In this document: in pieces, positions 56,395-64,000 of the stretch
How the letters are laid out: each line of letters opens with the position of its first letter
How positions within the stretch are numbered: position 1 is the first letter of the stretch
IMG/VR virus record: IMGVR_UViG_3300001866_000011
Source: a virus
Length of the DNA stretch: 64,000 nucleotides
Strand: one strand, 5' to 3'
Translations under genes and position numbers: made by a program
Notes under the pieces: model-generated
Seen by the model: only the letters and a program-made list of their open reading frames with translations
The model's database searches: none
What the model was told of the DNA's origin: nothing

Positions 56395-56700
56395 ATGTCA
56401 GAAATTAACATTGATGAATTGTGTAAAAGTGAATTGAATGAATTTATTCGCATTAATGGTAATAATATTATTAATGATGATAATTACAATTTGGATAGAT
56501 TGGCAAGTGAATTTGTAGAAAGTAGAACGTATATTAGCAGTTACGATCAGTTATCATCTATAATAGATAATGATAAGGTCATTGCATGTATTGAATTCAG
56601 AATGTCAGAATGTGATTATTTAGATTTGATTAATTTATCAGATGATTCTATGTCTGATTTAATCTGGGAGTATATTGTAGATAACTATCAAAATTTTTGA
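56395..56700 (+). CDS. Acidic early protein, possible DNA mimic
   Basis: Strongly D/E-rich 101 aa directly behind a CCTATA-class promoter. Confidence 0.35.
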   Translation: MSEINIDELCKSELNEFIRINGNNIINDDNYNLDRLASEFVESRTYISSYDQLSSIIDNDKVIACIEFRMSECDYLDLINLSDDSMSDLIWEYIVDNYQNF

Positions 56701-59466
56701 CATTTTTCTCACGCATCGAAATTATTATTAACTATTACATCCTATAGATATTCATGGCAAGAAAAGGAAGGCAGTTTAAAATGAACGGTGTGACAAATGA
56801 TAAGCGTGGTAACATTGGATGTCCATCACCTGATGAGATGCTACAATGGGGAGACGAAGATCCATTTTTTGAGAAAACATATTACGCTAACGAACCTGGA
56901 TACATGGACGATGATGATTGGTAGGTAAGAGAAGAAGAGATAAACGATTATAGATCCATTATAGGACATAAAAATTATGGGATCAATTGCGAGAAGAATG
57001 AAAATTTTGCATGTAGAATTATATGATCAATTTGAAAATGGTGATAGATTAGAACGGGTATCTTTGAGGAGTGAAACATGCATAAGGTATACTGTAAAGG
57101 CATTAGCACATTATAAGAGAGTGTTTTTAGGTGGGTTTTTATCTAAAGAAGACATTAAAAATGGCTGGGGAAGATTAGAACCATATAAATACTGCTCTAT
57201 TTGGTGGTGGAAAGATTAAATTTATAGATCCATTAAAGGAGAGATCTTTATGAATCAAGATATTGAACAGGTGACTACTTATTTACGTAAAATTACTGAA
57301 AAATCTTTAAAGGAAGGTAAAGGTAGTTTTACAGAAGAAGAACTAGAGTTAACAATTGAAACACTAAACTATCTCATCGATGTATTTGAAGATGCTAGAA
57401 ATTCATACATTAATGAGTTATTCATGAGAGGAGTAGAAAAAGATATATCATTTAAGAAAGAATTAGAGATATTATCATGACTATGAAGGATGTATATTAT
57501 ATAGTTAGAAAGGTTACTCATCATTATTATTTAAAGGATCAATTTAAATCAGATGCTGATATTTTAGAAGAATTTAATAAGAATATATCTAATATTGTAA
57601 ATTGTGTAGAACCCGATGATGTAATAAATGAGATTCAAATAATTAAATGTGTTGAAAATGATACTGATAAAGGTATAGTTACCAAATCTGATATTATTAT
57701 GTGTGAATTTATCTAAAGGTATTATTATGACTACAAAGAAAAAGAGTAGATTCTATACCAAAGCGGGCAATAATCTTAAAAACAGGAATATTAGGTTTAA
57801 AAGGTTTTTGGGTGACAGTGCAGATACAACATACATCAGGTGGCTTGTTATTGGTATGCCTGTAATTGACGGCGTAAGGAAAACAGGCAATGGTCTTGAA
57901 AGAGAAATATGTTTAAGTTACTGGTAATGGGAGAGAGGAAAGATAAATAGATTAATATGAAAACTAAAATAGCAATTTATAAGGATGTAATAGATTCGGC
58001 TATTGGGGAGCAATTTGATATATGTGACTTAAATGAATGCATTAAATTATTACCAAGGTGGGAATTTAATAGAGACTATTGTATATATGGAGAAATATAT
58101 TTAGATAAAAACAGAAGACCATTTAAATTATATAGTAATGTAAGTGATAATATTATAAGATATGGTGTATTGATTACTGTAAACAAAGCAATAGGTTTAA
58201 TTTTAGAACATTCAAAAACAGATGAAGAACTAGAAGAAAGATTAAGTTATCTAGGAACATGATGGGAAGTAAATTATAGATCTATCATGACCAGTTAATC
58301 TATAATCTATTTTATCACAATGAGGATCTATTTTAATAATTAAGTTATATCAATCTACATTATAATATATAACTGTCTATATAATAGTTATATGGTTGTC
58401 TGATAGAAAGTATTAAATATACATACAACCTATATTGGTATAGGTGAGTATAATGGCAGTGAGTTATACTAAAGAAATGTATAAATTTGAAAAAGTTAAT
58501 GAAACATTTAAGGAATGTATCAAAGACGCATCTTATTACTATGGTTATAATAATTCATTTGTAAAAGAATTATGTTATTTATCTAATTTATATGAAAATA
58601 TTTATGATGAATTGGTTAAGAAACAAAAGGAAGACTTTGATAATATATTGTTAGATACTAAAGAAGCAAATAAGGCAACAATAGATTTTATGTTATTGTA
58701 TGCTAATAAGATAAAGAATGGTGAAAAAAAGCAATAGAGTGTATCATGAAAGTAAGAGATTTGAAGAAGATACTAGAAGATGAATTAATTAATGATGATA
58801 TGGATCTTAAGATAGTGTATTTAGTTAATAATTCAGAAGAAAATAAAGATATAACATATTTTGATGAAGGTAATAGAGAAGAAACAATGAATGTATTTAG
58901 AATTGAAATTAACAAGTATAAAAATGTTTTTAGAATTTTAAATTAGGAGTGAGGAGTAGAAAGTATTAAATAGATATATGACCTATATCTAGTAGTGAAG
59001 TATTACAATTGAAAGGAGAGATTAAATTATGAAAACTAAAGTTATTAGCGAAAATGAAATTATTGAAAGTGCTAAAAGTATCGCTGAAGATATGATTAAC
59101 ACTTATGAAAAGAATAAAGATGATGAAGATTATTTAATTGAAGATTTTTGCAGTGGAGATTCTTATATCTGTATATACTACGGTAATATATTAGATATTC
59201 AACCATCTGGAAAACTATATACAATGTGGACAACTAACCAAAGTAATGAGGATGAAAGTAATGATTCTTTATTTTGGGAGACTGTAAATAAAATTCTGTC
59301 AGAGAAATTTTTATGGGTAGAATCTGGTCAGGGAGATGCTTGCGATATTATGATATGTGGAATGATTCCGGGAGAAGAGAAGCGGTAGGAAGTATTAAAT
59401 ATTTTAACGTCCTATATTGTATGGTAGTAAGACAACATACTGAACTAAAAACAGGAGAGATAAAAC

Positions 59467-59928
59467 ATGAACAAGATTGATTTGATTAAGGATATTGCTG
59501 ATGACTTGTATTTTGATGAGACTATCAGAGATGGTATATACAAGGCAAGAGAACAGGAGAAGTATCAAGACCTATACATGGTTGCACACGGTGGGGATTT
59601 CTTACTCAATGATATGAGATATAAGATGATCTATGATATCATCAATCAGTTGAATGAGTGGGATAAGGATGAGATTATTAACGATTGTGTTGATGATCTT
59701 GAGTTACTTGATGGGCTGATCCCTATCTATACATACGATCTTACAAAGTGGCTAAACTCGTCTAATTCAAGATATTCATATGTTGATGAGGCTGTCGCAG
59801 AATTAGGACATGGAGATAGTATACTGGATGATATTAAGCAGGGATATCTCCAGGAACTACTAGAGGTATATTACCTGATGAAAGAATGGATAGACGAAAA
59901 CAGTGAGGAAGAGAACGAGGAAGAATAA
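59467..59928 (+). CDS. Highly acidic protein, Ocr-like DNA mimic candidate
   Basis: About 40 D/E versus about 13 K/R by manual count; LDGLIPIYTYDLTKW resembles the Ocr-like D..vp.Y..dl pattern; acidic tail EEENEEE. Confidence 0.5.
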   Translation: MNKIDLIKDIADDLYFDETIRDGIYKAREQEKYQDLYMVAHGGDFLLNDMRYKMIYDIINQLNEWDKDEIINDCVDDLELLDGLIPIYTYDLTKWLNSSNSRYSYVDEAVAELGHGDSILDDIKQGYLQELLEVYYLMKEWIDENSEEENEEE

Positions 59929-62582
59929 AAGAGATAAACTATGCCGATTTTTATTTATGGTAAGGTCATGTTAATGGAGTTTAGCATTAATATGATCTTA
60001 CTGTATGGGATAATGCTATTTGGAATGTTTAAGAGTGTGGGAGTATAGGAGAATTTTTAATTATGGGATTGATATTTAAACGAGAAACTAAACTAGAAAA
60101 AGTATTATCCGAAAGTGATATTGTAAGAGGAGAGATACTGTATAATCTTAAAAATATAGAGATTATGATAAAGAGTATAAAAGATATAGAAAATCTGTGC
60201 GATGTAAAGAGAAGTGTTGATGTAATAGATAAAAAAGTAAGAAAAGCATATATGGGTAAGTAGATAGGGGAGAGGAGAATAAAGATAAGTTAATGGATCT
60301 ATTGATTGAGAGATTTTTATGATAGAAGAATTGTGGTATTATTTTAAATCTTGCGACGTCACGGTTGATGTAGATGGTATAAACGAAAAAGATAAAATTA
60401 AATTACAAAAAGCATTATATAGAAAGTTGAATAGAATTAATAAATTTTCTAGGTGATGCCGATATTATGGATTATAATGATAGGATTGAAAAACTGGAAT
60501 CTAAACTATTTAATGGTATTATTGATTATGATAATCTTGGTAGAGCGCGAAAGATGAGGAGTAAGATAAATAAAATTAAATGTAAGACTAGATTTTATAG
60601 TGAATGGTAGAGATAGGAAGAGAAGGGATTTATTTTATTTAGTCGTTTTATTATATTTATTTTATAAAAGTATATAATGATAGAAACATTTATCTATTTT
60701 GACAACCTATATCTATGTATGACAGAGATTAGGGAATTGTTTAGTGAGTATAGACTTAAAATTGTAAGGTCTAAAAAAGAATCAGAAGAAATTGGTTATA
60801 CTGGATGGTCATATGACGATGTTCAGTCTGTTGTATTTGTAAACAGAGAAACTGGTGAGTGTGATTATTCTGTATACAAGGATATCACAGTGATGTCAGA
60901 GAAGAAAGATGGTCTAATTAAATTCTATCAGGTGAGTGAAGGACTCCAGGATATTGTAGGAGTAGCATTGAATGAATTAATGGCTATTTATATTTGAGAA
61001 AGAGAAAGGATATTGGAGTATATTAAAAGGAGTAAGTATAAAATGATTGAATTGAATTATGATATGGATACATTTATCCAGTTAACAAAGAAAGATAAAT
61101 TCAACATTATAATTGATAATGAGGGCGTGAGAATTGCAAAATATGATGAAAAAGAAAAATGCTATCCATCAAAAGATTCATACCGAATTAATTGGGGTGA
61201 TTTACATGAAATATTATCATATTCACCTAAAGCAGAACAGTAGTTATTTATATTATTAATTATAGATTAAAAATTTTATAAAAGCATTAACATGGTTATT
61301 AAGTCAACTACAATTAGGACAGTGCTAGAACAGATGGAACTAGGCAATTATAAACAGGCTAAAGAGATATTAGAGTATGAATATAAAAGACATATAACAA
61401 GTGAAAAGAAAAAGAAAGGGTTGTTGTAGGAAGATGGTAATTTATTATGGGTGATATTGTTAGAAGAGATACCAACAAATTTAGAAAGATATCAAATGAG
61501 TTAAGTGATGTATTAAGAAATAATTACGATACTGAACCAATAGATACTTTGGACTTTTTAGAATTTATAGAGATTATACAAAAGTGGTGTGAATGTAATT
61601 TAAGAATTCTTAAAATGAGAGAGGATATACAAAATTCTATATGTCACGATTGCATTCATGATTATACAGATTCAACAGGTGCATGGTTATGTGAGTATGG
61701 AATGATTTGTTCTAATGGTTGTATTAAATTTGAAAGAAAAACAGAAGAATAAGAGAAATTTATAGATCTATTGTGTGAGATATTATCATGGTCATACTAT
61801 ATATTGAGAAGATTGATGGTAAGGATAGATTCACTATTGAAATGCAGGATATTTATGGAAAGTTGAAATGGGAGAGTTTTAATAGTGATGAGATATTAAA
61901 TTATCATATGAAACTACATGATATTAAGATCGATGAGGTGAGAGTAGTATAAGGGAAAGAGGGATAGATTTTATTTTTATATTTTTTATTTTATTGTAAC
62001 TTTTTTATTTTAATTGTTTTATTTTAGTTTATAAGGATAGATAGTTATTTATACTTATGTGACCTATAGTATAGTAGACAATTAAAGGAGTGAGATAATT
62101 ATGGTAGAGTGTAAGGATTGTGGGTGGTTAGTATATGATGAGGAGGATAAGAAGTATATCTGTGAGAGACACAACTGTGTGTTATCTGTATATAGGTATG
62201 ATGGAACACCTATCAGAATATCATGGTGTGGAATAGATGACTATGTAAAGAAAACATGGGAATAAGGAAGGAGTAGAAAGTATTAAATATTATTACGTCC
62301 TATAGTATGTATACAGTAATTGGGAGAGATGAAAATGGTTAGACGTAGAGAAGTATCTGAAAGTATGTATAGCAGATGGTGTATTAATTGTAATAAATTG
62401 ATTAGGGTGTGTAGTTATACTAATAATGATACCACGTGCTTACTTGATTGTGATGATAATTGCTTTCCGTATTGTATAAGACAAGGTGTTGATTTATTTG
62501 GAAAAGAAAATTATCCAAAAGATAGAAATTTTAAATGATTTAATTAATTTAATTGATTTATTATAGATTGGAGAGATGAGAG

Positions 62583-63128
62583 ATGAGTGACGAAAAGATA
62601 TCTAAACAGACAACTGATGATAACCTGACTATCTTTAATATTAAGACGCTTACGATGATAGGGGCGTTGATGATGGCAGTTGTTAGTTTTTGGTTGTCAT
62701 TCACTGCAGTATCAGGATTAGCAGGTAGATTGGGTATAGAGCCTTCGTGGTTATTTCCTGTTATGATAGATGGGTTTCTTGTGCTTACATTGATATGGAG
62801 ATTTAACGACAAAAATGAAATATGGCCTCAAATCACAATGCTATCATATGTTATCATTAGTGTGGCATTGAACTTTTATGCACATGATGGAAACGTAGCA
62901 AGTGGGGTATGTGCTGCTTTGGCTCCTATAACATTAATGGCAGCAAGTGAAGTATCAGCCAGGTTAGGTGTGGGAATAGGTAAAGAGGAGATTATGGTAA
63001 GGATAGAGGAGGAAGGGAAAGGAAGAGGTGGTGTTAATAGATCTATTAAAGACAGTGGTGTAATTAAAAGCAGACCTGTAATGATGAGAGATGCCAACGG
63101 GAGATTTTGCAAGAGGGTAGAGGAATAG
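62583..63128 (+). CDS. DUF2637-like multi-pass membrane protein
   Basis: SFWLSFTAVSGLA...WLFPVMIDG...SVALNFYAH...ALAPITLMAASE; C-terminal RDANGRFCK. Confidence 0.7.
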   Translation: MSDEKISKQTTDDNLTIFNIKTLTMIGALMMAVVSFWLSFTAVSGLAGRLGIEPSWLFPVMIDGFLVLTLIWRFNDKNEIWPQITMLSYVIISVALNFYAHDGNVASGVCAALAPITLMAASEVSARLGVGIGKEEIMVRIEEEGKGRGGVNRSIKDSGVIKSRPVMMRDANGRFCKRVEE

Positions 63129-64000
63129 AGAATATAAAGGAAGATTAATTTTATTTTTTGAGGTATAAACATGGTAAAATTTAGAATTAGAATATCATCA
63201 TATGTTGATATAGAAGCAAAAACTTCAGAACAGGCATTTAAGAGTATATTCACCGATCATATGAATCAAGTGGTAAATAATTCAAAATTGGTATCTATTG
63301 GATCTAATGAATTGTAGTGCGTTAAAGGAAGAGTAAGATATAATTTTATTTTTAATGTTAGACAGTAAATTATTTATAGTATTATTACCTATATAGTAGT
63401 GTAAGAAGCGATAGATTCGAGAAAACTATATCGATAAGAAAAAGGTGAATCAAATGTCTAATTATCTTATAACTAGAGGAATGACTGAAGATCCATATGA
63501 TGATATGTATCTTGAAGTTGAACTAATCCCTGGATTTCCAATTTTAGGAGTCTATGACGTGTTTATGAATAGGATTGAGTTTCCTGATAAAAATTTACTT
63601 GTCTTAACAGATCAGGAATTAGAACGTCTTAACGAAAAATTATATTGGAAAACATTTTCCGATACGATTAGAGAACTAGAAAGGAGAGATATGTTAAATA
63701 AAAACAGGTGAAGTAAAATGAAGTCTGAAGAATGGATAAGAGAAGAATTAGATGTATTGGAGAGTATTCCCTGTTTTAGGAGAACCGAATATGAGGATGA
63801 TAAGATATATGTATTGAAGGAGATACTAGAAATAGAAGACTGATAAGAATAGGAAATTTTATTTTTTGTATTATTGTATTAATTTTTGTATATGTTTTAA
63901 TCTAATTTATCCTAATTTTTATTGTTAATGTATATTATTGTACAATGGTATTAATTTATTATTTTTATTTACCTTATTGTATTAAAAATGTTGGAAGTGG

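Larger units (their letters stand above)
13174..63046. repeat. Dispersed palindrome ATAGATCTAT, mostly just downstream of stop codons
   Basis: Perfect copies at 13174, 16384, 26757, 29188, 48187, 48597, 55164, 55237, 55491, 55853, 58276, 61762, 63037, plus variants (TAGATCC, GTAGATCTAT). Confidence 0.85.
44715..63400. promoter_or_regulatory. Repeated promoter class: TATA-like box followed about 10 nt later by (A/T)CCTATA
   Basis: About 13 copies, near 44717(-), 45043(-), 48133(-), 50279(-), 56165, 56375, 56730, 58407, 58960, 59388, 62050, 62277, 63370; two share an identical 25-mer. Confidence 0.75.
56040..63711 (+). other. Putative early-gene region: short acidic ORFs in mini-operons with repeated promoters
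   Basis: Uniform plus-strand ORFs with GGAGAG ribosome-binding sites and repeated GAAAGTATTAAATA...CCTATA promoters. Confidence 0.7.

Noticed and set aside
1-64000. Borg-type element, alternative genetic code, inteins, DGR/retron, integrase
   Set aside because: No long perfect tandem repeat arrays typical of Borgs. Long genes are intact in the standard code, PolB has no intein-sized insertion, and no reverse transcriptase or recombinase motifs were seen.

Overview
This is a very AT-rich 64-kb segment of a large archaeal dsDNA virus or virus-like extrachromosomal element. The host is most plausibly a Methanomicrobia methanogen; this is inferred from an archaeal-type ThyA, PCNAs, a PolB with a PIP box, TATA promoters about 25-27 nt upstream of leaderless ATGs, and a RuvB. 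Genes run almost entirely on the minus strand from 1 to about 52.4 kb and on the plus strand from about 53.5 kb. The switch lies in a repeat-rich, largely non-coding region that is a candidate origin or terminus. Recognisable modules are: replication and recombination (PolB, two PCNAs, PD-(D/E)XK exonuclease, AAA ATPase, OB-fold SSB, RuvB, HNH), nucleotide metabolism and repair (ThyA, TIGR02328-type glycosylase), a methyltransferase / radical SAM / three-glycosyltransferase operon, an envelope island, and well over 100 small orphan ORFs. I found no capsid, portal, integrase, reverse transcriptase or CRISPR array. The most unusual signals lie outside the supplied ORF track. (1) A tandem array of four 7-21 aa micro-ORFs shares a C-terminal (F/Y)DE(E/L)(T/G)N-stop at 13232-13421. 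(2) Five dispersed TATA-promoter + hairpin cassettes show fixed spacing and G-U covariation. (3) A tRNA-like RNA has acceptor, D and T arms but no anticodon arm at 31701-31766. All family assignments come from motif recognition by eye; no searches were run.
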